A DNA stretch of 64,000 nt from a virus. Lineage: Duplodnaviria > Caudoviricetes. The notes beneath the pieces are model-generated. The model did no database searches. It was not told the DNA's origin and was given only the letters and a program-made list of their open reading frames with translations. Shown here in pieces: positions 32,701 through 38,462 of this stretch; the first letter of the stretch is position 1, and each line of letters starts with the position of its first letter. A program made the translations under genes and the position numbers. Location of the stretch: IMG/VR virus record IMGVR_UViG_3300011116_001007, one strand, 5' to 3'.

Positions 32701-32750
32701 CTCTGCAAGATACTGACACTGTTGCTGCAAGGTTTTTACGTGGTTTATAA
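17736..32750 (+). CDS. Giant baseplate wedge/tail-fibre-like structural protein (5004 aa)
   Basis: Uninterrupted 15-kb ORF directly after gp6; T/S/G/V-rich beta-strand composition; FG-GAP-like and CBM-like repeats; conserved-looking KEVKPYHVQLREF. Confidence 0.8.
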   Translation: MATARSVDFLPQIFQTETNKQFLAATLDQLTQEPKFKKTQGFIGRTVGSGVNPNDKYVVEPTAVRRDYQLEPGVISLVPDTNTIKNAITYPGINDAVSFSGGDGGRPDRLYESEYYSWDPFVDFDSFVNFSQYFWLPTGPDAVDVAASTISTSDNFVVTRENGIYTFSGVAGSNPVIDLVRGGNYTFQIAQNNKETANYRVTNSGISAYLLDGLRNPTLTLARGNTYVFNLVLNGDFPFWIKTAPVTGLEDVYSTGVTRNGARTGLVTFTVPQDAPDILYYASQTQLNMQGTLNIVNGTEGTGPGFWIQAFPGVSGKDPSQPNISSRDVLGVSNNGTDLGTVTFNVPQKTAQNFYYSLTPFGVNSSGALTTPVDMICDLSFNQVDNQLVDVFLATYGGIDGTKNLNGRTLVFTQSLTDAEASLWQIKYVTIDLLTYISLSKLADIPVLNKFKARYGINYSNTEWYKKANGTFERIPLLTAAQDILYYQDGTDPEIFGRIRLIEQTADTTLYIDAILGKKSYTSANGVVFSNGLKVKFVGDVFPTSYASGTLDLTITAAQSGSNYLTTESTANLYVGEKIIFIDSIGGVSPGTYYVQSLAANGTQFSISTQKGGGAYPLQAGSANARAIAVSDLEYYVSGVGTAIELLPVENFSTPELYVVDANDSTIYVEPDTTDYLTINRASRDRNAWSRSNRWFHSDVINATAKYNNTTAVFDNNYRAKRPIIQFRPNIRLWNMGTDGKNPVDIIDFSQTDAFSNVEGSTGYSVDGYTLIDGSRVIFAADQDQNVKNKIYVVSFIVPDTVAPLIAQPIISLTPAQDSEVLIDQCTVCLYGTTSPGVTFWFDGTTWTEAQQKISVQQAPLFNIYDTNGYSFGDQTKYQSSTFVGSKLFSYAVGDTSIIDPILQFPLQYLNINNVGDIVFVNNLYKDTFLYVADNASVTLDISSGSVKEYITRASYQRLIGWQTAATPSQCYQQFKFTYTGTTLKLDVKVDDPVNNTPAIKIYVGSVFQAPSTYSYLTTATTTTITLNNTYVPDDIIEVLALSSQTSSSAFYQVPINLENNPLNGNSPEFTLGTIRTHYESICENVLTVVGPVNGSNNTRDLGNLVPYGLTILQQSSPLTLAGYFLRSPDYNIFASLSFADREYNKYKYQLLDAVTNQTIGFDTIGQVLDTAIQSITLGRVESQPFYWSDMLPSGAVYTTTTYTIGYTNTSSFDTVQVYNYQSANYLGMNVYLNEVLLVRDRDYVVATDGPRIRILVDLAIGSTLVLQEYSATYGSFAPNTPTKLGLYPAFVPQVITQRTSNGNVQVTQGHDGSITPLFNDIRDQVLLEFETRIYNNLKLDGNPVPLTIDDVLPGQFRSTGFSYSEITEILNQDFLRYVGANKLDYRTQDFRATNEFTWNYSSTKNKLDNSQNLLGAWRGINRYFYDTEQPQYTPWEMLGFSKKPLWWEDVYGPAPYTGDNLVLWDDLAAGYVADPVAPYFRPKYARPASTGSIAEPQRGGIWGAGPYPSLFPIIPTGDEGQLLSPFNSVMGVYSNAQFKKSWAPGDGGPVEASWWNSSSYPFAVMHVLAVTKPAKFFALFADRDLYRYNEEFGQYLLNDRYRLDANGIEVYGNGVSKASYIDWIVDYNRQSGINSTDELTADLANLDVRLCYRMASFSDKQYIKLYTEKSSPNSTNTTLMIPDESYNLLLYKNQPFDRTDYSAVVVQNVPGGYAVFGYSTSLPYFKVLASKSTGQLRTISSGGATVRVPTFYTNTEVRVPYGFIFANETSVCDFLLSYGELSKQQGITFTNRANGYVLDWNQMCQEFLYWSQQGWGENALLNLNPLAAKLTVTRDQAVVDSIVVQAADNVLLDQNNRELPTRNLNITRIDNTFTCEPLTTQTLSFIDLKYTTYEHMIVLNNQSVFGDLIYQPITGARQNRLILVASNTADWTGQINTPGFILNLDNVEEWVGYKRYTKGQIVKYKNVYWSALNIVQPSEKFNFNEWVQSDYTQIELGLLPNLANKANQLSNSYNINSANLEKDNDLLSYGLIGFRPRQYMAALNLDDVSQLNVYRQFLGSKGTILSAELFSNANLGKEAADYSIYENWAVLRSVYGANANRSFVELRLDRTYLSSNPSLVQVVLPQQVSSADQQILLSNVWKQSYKLTSPDFLPTTTITPTDIALPTAGYVNLNDADITVFDINDLANISANLDAIAVGTSIWIAKINDYDWNIYRAQSVPGTVQHVCDNLDGTSRVIFSQSHGLSAGDTLIIKFFDTEVNGVYQVLSVSNLTTVNIAFQFVQKRTVANGLGLGFTLQTMRVAQASDVINLPYANDVVPGAKVWVDNNGDDLWEVIQKQQVFVDSSQISPLLLDAGEQFGVAVAQATARLALFVGSPKYGFGGSAQKGAVYVYVKNSQDQYAPVSPIIDADGILTLDRTGVRGYGNAVDFGNQTWAVAGASKSLGPNSEVNNGYASVIYRDPALGQPGVNPFTNWQLLTLPGTTTSTTPGAGEFGYSVTMSLDERWMYIGAPGLNTVYAYGRVDWQDQFVTILGTGTTTQYTISSTIQINNSSQLKVLIDGQLQTTGYSIDAAFDKVTFTTAPNLGALIKFQRINTQQLDAQTYYDVSQTSTSGSGTGAKFTITRVRGEVGQPGATLGGVGATSVGTGYAVGNTITIAGASFGGTNNIVLTITSIGTGGTLDGFNIAYTPPALATVFSLNEYFFTATNIYSFSIAVDGVLYRPNIDYTFDTVTQDLTFTGAGPAAGTIIIARAQSYFTYVNSITASGLSASDRFGHSIACTTDGRQVVIGTPYSTQDSNAEAGSVYVFDRNVQRFIYGSDGSTVTFTLLGTPAAPISVIVNNVFLTNQTDSVIGAPNTFYWNGANTVTVNADLQYGDVVEIETNQFAQIQKITQNSVANFSNFGQSVDICSYNCSLYVGVPQSSVQIYKGGVVERDVNQSRIYGTTTSTVANAALTAGNTVRVNNMDVVVPAAWSNLNSYYKNDVVYNLSGSTYTIYVALQDVPVATVLTNVSYWSPVTTTTVAASVYVRALAAQINSTVPNVIATVDVSGYLTVSVKNNNSAQAFNKLQVAPGSIGTAFATLAFTTFAFTQTIVSPYPVKYSAFGSSINIADSATTLVVGAPNGTLYLITVFDDGNTDFDADSTTFITTVINSGAVYTYDYLPSASMSISNPGKFLFGQQINNSEVNALDTFGSTVSYVDGILVAGAPNNDVGDSTANYGRIFLFENPTRTPAWTVIRQQQPVVDVSLLNGVFTYDRITSATTQFFDFFDPLQGKILGAARQNIDYISGIDPANYNIGPSGINGATWWAGHVGEVWWDTSTVRFIDPNQDDITYASRRWGQNFPGSSIDIYQWILSTVPPASYTGPGVPYSTSSYSINTRLNRDGIFATEYYFWVRGITTTAVQEGKTLSVATVAQYIENPRASGITYMAPINASTVALYNAAEYIVASDTVLNISFDREATESNVHTEYELIAEGKPDAFLSTNLYRKLQDSFCGVDTFGNNVPDANLSPAERYGVQFRPRQSMFVDRFDALKNYLTRVNDVLARFTISESRSFNLLNSAEPEPSAASGQWNLRVANLEILGFQNIYTVPMGYRYLVVTDSNNRGLWTIYTVTASDQVSGERLLRLSFVQGYNTADYWSYIDWYLPGYNSSTKVLAEVANKAGLRTLELAVGSSAQVTANSQGKWEIYLLTDTGWERVGLQDGTIAFSAELWDYQLGRFGFDIEVFDAQYYDQEPVKETRKIIQAINEELLINDLLIERNLALTLMFNYVLSEFAAPEWLVKTSLIDVDHRIRDLVPYQNYRRDNQEFVIDYIKEVKPYHVQLREFNLRYNGADQYLGSLTDFDVPAYYNTSLTVPQYTSPILLPYEHGSSDVANFSSDLPSNSTVWSAFPYNQWYNNYLLTLTAVNIVDNGTGYTEPPLVIIGNVWTANTAVSINQQLFYVDGNVTNLYTVVANGTTGIIPPTFTTSGTQTDGTAMLAYAGLAATATAVINSLGQVVAINVTSSDAVYRSTPAISFAGGGGVGRDARAYAIIKPGLARSFKTTIKYDRFQYFSDVQDWSSSGTYQDGQLVRYDDRVWQAASADSTAVVGPDFSLEDWTPIPAQDLTGVNRTMGLYVPGVNQPGLDLPLLIDGVDYPGVQVYGNYFLGTALTDATYASSFTDATLGDTFSSINVDGGEFIGLYEGHAPEELVNGAEFDTLDLRVYTRPGADWNRDGHGFQMADRRYLYEAAITNTVSWAGLVENPVNISVVNTTTNLPLSLNVDYTVDWVLQTLTVLTVADGDILSITAYELGGGSQLYRDNFAGTGLQTVIIPVNAAEIISLAIFVNGTLTSGATWTPYVASVDWNQLSSYSFKDVVNINDGSSAETYYRAIKNVPAGVEITNVAYWLEFVPTFESIVNFGTVYNTTDEIALTAFGVSTIDAGYFVIGRQYTITQVGTTDFVAIGAGANTVGTVFTANGVGSGTGQASTTYSWSAPQTQYIVADANFVTFKTTTLTNSVQGSNLANMIVTRNGLRLQPPEGREWISDGSSLSFGLPTRGGYSQSIINATTDVIVWVDEILQQQSIGGVPGTYSVTPYVAANDREVVFNVAPPAGARILITVTTQAGYDLVGNSLQIVGGVNLNDLFAVTTFNDTSQLNPLTLVFNGPVITGVEVADPFDPLPNDPAYNSQPGSFDYATVNNTQWSFSYSKGAAVYDNQFWLERANVSPSRLWVTLDGYALTNSIDYTVEGEYLILTSGAIKPDQIMVITEITNSIVPDAIAFRIFQDMRGVQATYRMTTATTTVLTQPLSATDNIMYVENVSALGHPNLELGVFGVCTVDGERIMYRDIDAATNTIAGLMRGTAGTAAADHLVNAAVYNLSRGNLLQSSYQDYIVSDTSTGDGSTTVFYAPSINVNDFVDSSSEAPAIEVYVGGTRQYAYSDTTATSQYRWFVTDFDPLAVDFVVDNTVYPPLFAPAPNVEVTILVRQGVTWYQRGVTTPSDGIALQDTDTVAARFLRGL

Positions 32751-32756
32751 ACAAGG

Positions 32757-32762
32757 TAAATA
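32757..32762 (+). promoter_or_regulatory. Late-promoter-like TAAATA
   Basis: Intergenic, 7 nt before the ATG at 32770. Confidence 0.5.
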
Positions 32763-32769
32763 AAATATC

Positions 32770-32919
32770 ATGCCAACTACAATGCCAAACAAACCAGCTG
32801 CACCAGTACCAGCACCCAGAGTAAACAAACCCAACGAAAGTGGGTCAATTTCGGTACAAGCACACATGAGGATTTATGATCCCAAAACACAAAAAACCTA
32901 TGTGGAGGGACGAGCATGA
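32770..32919 (+). CDS. Small hypothetical protein (49 aa)
   Basis: Hand-translated MPTTMPNKPAAPVPAPRVNKPNESGSISVQAHMRIYDPKTQKTYVEGRA; fills the gap and has an ATGA overlap with the next gene; below the ORF track cut-off. Confidence 0.7.
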   Translation: MPTTMPNKPAAPVPAPRVNKPNESGSISVQAHMRIYDPKTQKTYVEGRA

Positions 32920-33521
32920 TCACTCCTGGACTGTGCAAAATTGAAGGATTTGTCAAAATTCTTGACCCAAATTCAGGCGAAGTTCTAGTAGATAAAAAGA
33001 ATGCCATCCATTATGAAAACATTTCTATTGCCATGGCACAGACCTTGAGCAACAGAGACTTAGGTTATATCTATTTGATGGCATTCGGCAACGGTGGCAG
33101 TAGTGTTGATCCTACTGGGGTGATCACGTACCTGCCCCCAAATACCACAGGACAAAATGCCGATCTTTACAACCAAACTTACCAAAAAGTGGTAGATGAT
33201 AATTCCGCAGCAGACACTGATCCTGAAAACAACAAGATGACAGTGTTACACACATCTGGAAATCTATACACTGATATTTTGGTAAGTTGTTTGTTGGACT
33301 ACGGCGAACCTCCAACTCAGCAGGCCTTTGATAACTCAACCAACTTTAACGGTGAATATGTGTTTGATGAGTTGGGCCTCAAATCTTGGAACGGCTCAAC
33401 AGACAATCTTCGACTGATTACCCATGTGATTTTTCATCCAGTGCAAAAAAGTCTAAATCGTCAAATTCAGATAGACTACACGCTGAGAATTCAGACATTG
33501 AGTAATATCAATGCTGTATAA
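32916..33521 (+). CDS. Putative baseplate/tail-fibre attachment structural protein (201 aa)
   Basis: MAFGNGG..VDPTGVITY; FDELGL; LITHVIFHPVQKSLNR.IQIDYTLRI; within the tail module. Confidence 0.6.
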   Translation: MITPGLCKIEGFVKILDPNSGEVLVDKKNAIHYENISIAMAQTLSNRDLGYIYLMAFGNGGSSVDPTGVITYLPPNTTGQNADLYNQTYQKVVDDNSAADTDPENNKMTVLHTSGNLYTDILVSCLLDYGEPPTQQAFDNSTNFNGEYVFDELGLKSWNGSTDNLRLITHVIFHPVQKSLNRQIQIDYTLRIQTLSNINAV

Positions 33522-33524
33522 ATA
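33517..33524 (+). promoter_or_regulatory. T4-type late promoter TATAAATA
   Basis: Exact consensus overlapping the upstream stop codon, 25 nt before the tail-fibre ATG; caggaa SD-like sequence in between. Confidence 0.65.
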
Positions 33525-33549
33525 TTGATAACAGGAACAGGTAATTCAA

Positions 33550-35562
33550 ATGGCATATACAATTAATTTAACTAACGGTACAATTTTTGCTACTGTCAAT
33601 GATGGCACCGTTAATAACGCTAGTAGCATGACGCTGGTGGGCAAAAACTATGCTGGGTATGGTGAATTTTTAGACGAAAACTTTATTCACCTGCTGGAAA
33701 ATAGCGCAAATACCACAGCCCCAGGGTCACCACTCACAGGACAATTATGGTGGGACAGCACCAATGCATTGATGAAAGTATATAACGGTACTGCTTTCAA
33801 AGTCATGACTGGATCTACCAGCGCAGCCAGCGCACCCAGCAATGTAATCACTGGCGATTTATGGTGGGACACAACCAATTCACAATTGAAAATTTACAAC
33901 GGAGCATCTTGGATCGTGGTTGGCCCAGCTTATACTTCTGCTGAAGGCACAGCCGGTGCCATTCCTGAAACAATCACTGACTCAGGAGCCACTCCGCACT
34001 ATGTGACCAGTCTGTATGTGAACAACACCCGAGTGGCCATTGTGAGTAAAGACGCTAATTTTACTCCATCTGCTCCTACTGTTACCACATTCCCTACCAT
34101 ATACAATGGTATCACTTTGTACAATACCAGTTCTCCAGTTTATGCAGGAACAGCAACCAATGCACAATTACTAGACAGCCTAGACAGCACTGATTTCATG
34201 CGAGCCACGGCCAACACATCAACCACTGGTACATTGGCAGTTTTGAACAATTTTGGATTTACTGTGGGCAGTGCCAATGTCTTTTCGGTAACTACAACTA
34301 CCACCGATGCCAACATTAGAAGCAACATTTCTAATGGTAATCTGGTAATGCAGGCCAACGTATCTGGTAATATATACAACGTAGCAAGAATAGTGGGCAG
34401 CACTGGTGTATTTGCAGTGTCAAATGCCATGACTGCCGGTACCACTGTGTCGGCTGTGGGCAATGTGACTGGTGGCAATATTGCCACAGCAGGGCAAGTC
34501 ACTGCCACTGCCAACATCACTGGTGGCAACATTATTTCGTCTGCTGCGGTATCAGGTGTTTCTTTGGTTTCTTCGGGCAACGTTGACAGTGGTAATCTGC
34601 GTACCGGAGGACAAATCAGTGCAGCAGGCAATATTACTTCAGCAGCCAACGTAGCAGGTACGTATTTTATTGGCAATGGTTCAGCATTGACAGGTTTGAG
34701 TTTGGGCGTGAGTGTTACCAAGTTTGTGAACGGTACCAGTGAAGGTAATGTTGGCACGTCGGGCGGCAATATAAACTTCAACGTGGGTGGTGTGAGCAAT
34801 GTGGTTGTGATTGATACCACCACTTTGTACGCCAATGTGCTCAGCGCACAGAGCATTACCAAATCAGGAACCAATGCCATTGGTAATATTGGATCCAGCT
34901 CCAGCTTCTTTAACACTGTGTTTGGTAACATTTACAACGGTACTGTGGTCAGTGTAGCAGGCAATGTCACTGGTGCTAATATCAATACTGGTGGGTTGGT
35001 CAGTGTTGGAACAACTGTAAATGCCACAGGCAACATCACTGGTGGTAATTTAATCACTGCTGGTTTGGTCAGTACTGCCAGCATTACCAAAACTGGTAGC
35101 AATGCAGTGGGCAATATTGGTAGTTCCAGCAACTATTTCAATCAGGTGTTTGCCACAGCTACCACTGCACTGTACGCCGACGTTGCTGAACGTTTTGCAG
35201 CTGATGAAGTACTAGAACCAGGAACTGTGGTTGAACTGGGCGGATCACAAGAAATTACTCGCGCTGTAACTGACCTAAGTGAAAATGTGTTTGGGGTTAT
35301 CAGTACCAGGCCAGCTTACACAATGAATGGTGGCGCCGGAGAAGATTCAACTCATCCAAAAGTTGCCATGACAGGTCGCGTTCCGGTCAACGTTGTTGGT
35401 ATAATACGCAAAGGCGATCGGCTAGTAGCCGCAGGAGCAGGCCTAGCAAGAGCAGCTCAGCTGGGCGAAGCCACAGCATTCAACGTGATTGGACGCAGTT
35501 TGGTAGATAAAAATACCACAGAACAAGGTACAGTTGAAGCCATTGTGACCATCAAAAACTAA
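33550..35562 (+). CDS. Tail fibre protein with C-terminal autocleaving chaperone-like (peptidase G2-type) domain
   Basis: N-terminal MAYTIN.TNG...LVGKNYAGYGE..ENF..LLENSA, GQLWWD repeats; GNVTGGNI repeats; C-terminal YADVAERF.....EPGTVVELGG...VAMTGRVPV.V.G.IRKGDRLV. Confidence 0.75.
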   Translation: MAYTINLTNGTIFATVNDGTVNNASSMTLVGKNYAGYGEFLDENFIHLLENSANTTAPGSPLTGQLWWDSTNALMKVYNGTAFKVMTGSTSAASAPSNVITGDLWWDTTNSQLKIYNGASWIVVGPAYTSAEGTAGAIPETITDSGATPHYVTSLYVNNTRVAIVSKDANFTPSAPTVTTFPTIYNGITLYNTSSPVYAGTATNAQLLDSLDSTDFMRATANTSTTGTLAVLNNFGFTVGSANVFSVTTTTTDANIRSNISNGNLVMQANVSGNIYNVARIVGSTGVFAVSNAMTAGTTVSAVGNVTGGNIATAGQVTATANITGGNIISSAAVSGVSLVSSGNVDSGNLRTGGQISAAGNITSAANVAGTYFIGNGSALTGLSLGVSVTKFVNGTSEGNVGTSGGNINFNVGGVSNVVVIDTTTLYANVLSAQSITKSGTNAIGNIGSSSSFFNTVFGNIYNGTVVSVAGNVTGANINTGGLVSVGTTVNATGNITGGNLITAGLVSTASITKTGSNAVGNIGSSSNYFNQVFATATTALYADVAERFAADEVLEPGTVVELGGSQEITRAVTDLSENVFGVISTRPAYTMNGGAGEDSTHPKVAMTGRVPVNVVGIIRKGDRLVAAGAGLARAAQLGEATAFNVIGRSLVDKNTTEQGTVEAIVTIKN

Positions 35563-35575
35563 ACAGGAATAGACA

Positions 35576-36556
35576 ATGACTTATTCATCAGGCAGCTTGA
35601 TACAATCAGCAGACTACAACGGGTTTGTTGGTCCCACTGCCAGCGGCGGAACAGCCAACGCAAATGTCAACGATATTTGGGGTGCAGGATCAGGAGATAA
35701 AGGTTATGGGCAAACTGCTGTGTCTAACTCTAGTGTGGCTGGCACCATTACCGCTACACAATGGGCCAGCTTGGTCAACACCTTGAGCAGTTTGGGCAGC
35801 AAAACCAATACTACTATTACCACAAGAACAGCACCCACTGCTGGCGGCACAATTGGCATCTTGGCAGCACTCAACACTGATCTTACTGCGGTCACCACCA
35901 ATAGAAACAATGCAGTAAGTGTTGGCTCAACGTATTCATCTTGGACTGGCACCAATAGCAAAACTGCTGCCACATCGGGAGCAACTTGGACTATCACAAT
36001 TACCAACACTGTGACATTCGCTGATTCAGCCTCAGCTCGTTATTTTTTCAACGGCGGCGGCCTTATTTCTTTACTGAATGGTAAATCCAGTACAGGTGCA
36101 ACAGGAGATCCTCCATGGAACGCACTGGCCGCAGCCTGTGGTACCATTGTTTTTAGTGGAGCAGCAGCCAGTCATACCATTGCAGGTGTTGCATATACTG
36201 GAACTACCAAAATTGGCGGATCAGGAACCCCTACCACACTGAGCACCGCCACAGGATATTACGCATTGACCGCAGGCGCCGCTGCCACAATTATTTTCAA
36301 ACAATTTTCGGCAACTGCTCCTTACACTTCTAATTTCATACAGCACAGCGTGGCATTAAATGCTGGCGCAAACATACTGACATTTACCACACTATGGTCA
36401 GCCAGTGACGGTGATCCTATATCAGGAGGAACGGCTCCTACCGGTATTACCCCCGGCACTGCACCTTGCACTATTTGTTATTATGTTCCTCCTGCCACAA
36501 CCTACTTGCCCACTGCAAGTTGGGGAACTCCCACAGTGGCAGCCACCACAGCTTAA
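35576..36556 (+). CDS. Putative tail fibre/structural protein (326 aa, T/G/A/S-rich)
   Basis: MTYSSGSLIQSADYN; ARYFFNGGG; last gene before a terminator-like hairpin; caggaa SD-like sequence. Confidence 0.65.
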   Translation: MTYSSGSLIQSADYNGFVGPTASGGTANANVNDIWGAGSGDKGYGQTAVSNSSVAGTITATQWASLVNTLSSLGSKTNTTITTRTAPTAGGTIGILAALNTDLTAVTTNRNNAVSVGSTYSSWTGTNSKTAATSGATWTITITNTVTFADSASARYFFNGGGLISLLNGKSSTGATGDPPWNALAAACGTIVFSGAAASHTIAGVAYTGTTKIGGSGTPTTLSTATGYYALTAGAAATIIFKQFSATAPYTSNFIQHSVALNAGANILTFTTLWSASDGDPISGGTAPTGITPGTAPCTICYYVPPATTYLPTASWGTPTVAATTA

Positions 36557-36559
36557 CCA

Positions 36560-36586
36560 AAAGGGCCAATTGGCCCTTTACTTTTG
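36560..36586 (+). terminator. Terminator-like inverted repeat ending the tail operon
   Basis: Perfect 20-bp palindrome aaagggccaattggcccttt (36560-36579) followed by acttttg, 3 nt after the stop. Confidence 0.7.
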
Positions 36587-36605
36587 ATTGCGTATTGTGT
36601 ATAAT
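36577..36605 (+). promoter_or_regulatory. Sigma70-like promoter TTTACT-N17-TATAAT at the head of the modification cluster (possibly leaderless transcript)
   Basis: -35 at 36577-36582, perfect -10 at 36600-36605, then 6 nt to the ATG at 36612; no SD. Confidence 0.6.
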
Positions 36606-36611
36606 ACACAC

Positions 36612-36917
36612 ATGAACCCAGAAGATTTAATTGCTCATGCTCGCTCTAGATTCAATCACGAATCAGCTAAACGGTTACTCAAAGAAAAATATCAAGCCCG
36701 AATGCTGTTTGCTCATGCTGGAGGCATGTGGCGTGCTGGTCCTGAACTAGTAGTGTTGCTGGCCACAGTACCTCCGGGCAATGCAGTGATACTGGACTTG
36801 TACGACAATCCCATCCAGGTCAATCCTGAACAACTTCGCACCCTGGCTGTGCAATGCTGGCAAGAACAGATGAATGCCTGGTTACTAGAACACGAACAAG
36901 TGAACAAGCAACGATGA
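36612..36917 (+). CDS. Hypothetical protein (101 aa)
   Basis: Start reassigned to ATG 36612 (MNPEDLIAHARSRF); ATGA overlap with the next gene. Confidence 0.75.
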   Translation: MNPEDLIAHARSRFNHESAKRLLKEKYQARMLFAHAGGMWRAGPELVVLLATVPPGNAVILDLYDNPIQVNPEQLRTLAVQCWQEQMNAWLLEHEQVNKQR

Positions 36918-37759
36918 CAACCGGTGCATTGATATTTGCATTTAACAATGAAAAAACAGACTATGTGGCTCTGGCAGCTTGGTCAGCTGCCAACATACAT
37001 AGACATCTTGACATTCCGGTAGCAGTGGTCACAGATAACGAACATCATCCTGCACTCGCAGCGTTTGATCAAGTGATCTTTGCAGAGCCATCATCGGGTG
37101 GAACCAGGAACTTTGAAGACTACGGTGCCACTGTGACCTGGCACAATGCCGGCCGGCCTGATGCATACAATCTCACACCGTGGCATAATACCTTGCTTTT
37201 AGATGCAGACTATATAGTGGCCAGTGATCAATTGAAACACATTTGTACCAATGGTAGAGATTTACAAGCCTACACAAGATCGACAGACATACATAACAAT
37301 CAAAATTTAGATCAGTTTGGCAATCCTGCCATGAGCATGCATTGGGCCACAGTAGTACAATTTCGTAAATGCACACAGGCCCGCTACACGTTTGATTGTA
37401 TGAACATGATCAAACAAAATTGGCAGCATTACAGAGACATCTATCATATTCACAGCAGTACATACCGCAACGACTACTCGCTAAGTATAGCAATAAACTT
37501 ATTGAATGGGCATGTACCACATATCAGCAACAACTCAATTGCCGGCGCATTGGTAAATGTGTACCCCAGCGATACGCTAACACAACTACATGAAGATTGT
37601 TATCGTGTGGCCTGGACTGATTCAAATAGAAAAAAACATCATGTGGATCTAGCAAACCAAGATTTACATGCCATGGGCAAAAGAGATTTAGAGGTCATAG
37701 TTGAAAATTACACAAGAGCAAGGCTACTTAATAACAGCCTGGAACTCAGCCACAGTTGA
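36914..37759 (+). CDS. GT-A-fold nucleotide-diphospho-sugar transferase-like protein
   Basis: Start ATG 36914 (MTTGALIFAFNN); VAVVTD, TLLLDADY (DxD), RNDY, LHAMGK. Confidence 0.65.
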   Translation: MTTGALIFAFNNEKTDYVALAAWSAANIHRHLDIPVAVVTDNEHHPALAAFDQVIFAEPSSGGTRNFEDYGATVTWHNAGRPDAYNLTPWHNTLLLDADYIVASDQLKHICTNGRDLQAYTRSTDIHNNQNLDQFGNPAMSMHWATVVQFRKCTQARYTFDCMNMIKQNWQHYRDIYHIHSSTYRNDYSLSIAINLLNGHVPHISNNSIAGALVNVYPSDTLTQLHEDCYRVAWTDSNRKKHHVDLANQDLHAMGKRDLEVIVENYTRARLLNNSLELSHS

Positions 37760-38462
37760 TTACGTAGACTGCGCGAGATCATTGGTTCAAACATTAAAAC
37801 ATTGGCATCCAGATGCCAAAGTGTGCTTGGTCACGGATACAGATGTGTCTGATCGGTTGTTTGATCATGTGCAAGTAATCACACGTACCAATTTTGCCAA
37901 TCCCTATGCTGATGACTGGCAGGTGTTCTATCGATCACCATTTCGTGAAACTATTAAACTGGAAGCAGACATGTGGATTACCAGTTCAATCGATCACTGG
38001 TGGAATCTGTTTCGCAAACGTGATTTAGTGATCAGCACAGGTTGCAGAAACTGGCAAGATCAACACAGCACAGCAAGGCATTATCGTAAAATATTTGATG
38101 CAAATCATTTGCCTGATGTGTACAATGCTGTCACTTACTGGAGATTGAGTACCACAGCAAAAGAATTTTTTGATTTGACACGCAACATATTTGAGCACTG
38201 GACTGAATACCGCAAGCTATTGAAATTCCCAGATGAGACAGCATCAACAGATTTGGTCTACGCAATGGCAGCACAGATCATCGGACCCGAACTGGTAACT
38301 TTACCATTTGCTACATATCCCAAAATAGTTCACATGAAACGACATCATGCTGGTACACAAACAGAAAATTGGAAAAAAGAATTGATTTGGGAATGGGATC
38401 GCGGCAGTTTACGTGTGCAGACTTTAACACAATCAGGAGCGTTTCATTACCATGTCAAATGA
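37701..38462 (+). CDS. GT-A-fold glycosyltransferase-like protein, paralogue of 36914-37759
   Basis: VCLVTD, TIKLEADM (ExD), STDLVYAMA, IVHMK align by eye with the preceding gene; TTG start. Confidence 0.6.
   Translation: MKITQEQGYLITAWNSATVDYVDCARSLVQTLKHWHPDAKVCLVTDTDVSDRLFDHVQVITRTNFANPYADDWQVFYRSPFRETIKLEADMWITSSIDHWWNLFRKRDLVISTGCRNWQDQHSTARHYRKIFDANHLPDVYNAVTYWRLSTTAKEFFDLTRNIFEHWTEYRKLLKFPDETASTDLVYAMAAQIIGPELVTLPFATYPKIVHMKRHHAGTQTENWKKELIWEWDRGSLRVQTLTQSGAFHYHVK

Noticed and set aside
34140-35132. 263-aa and 66-aa antisense ORFs in the tail-fibre gene
   Set aside because: Expected from the repetitive G/N/T/A codon bias of the sense gene; no motifs or start signals.
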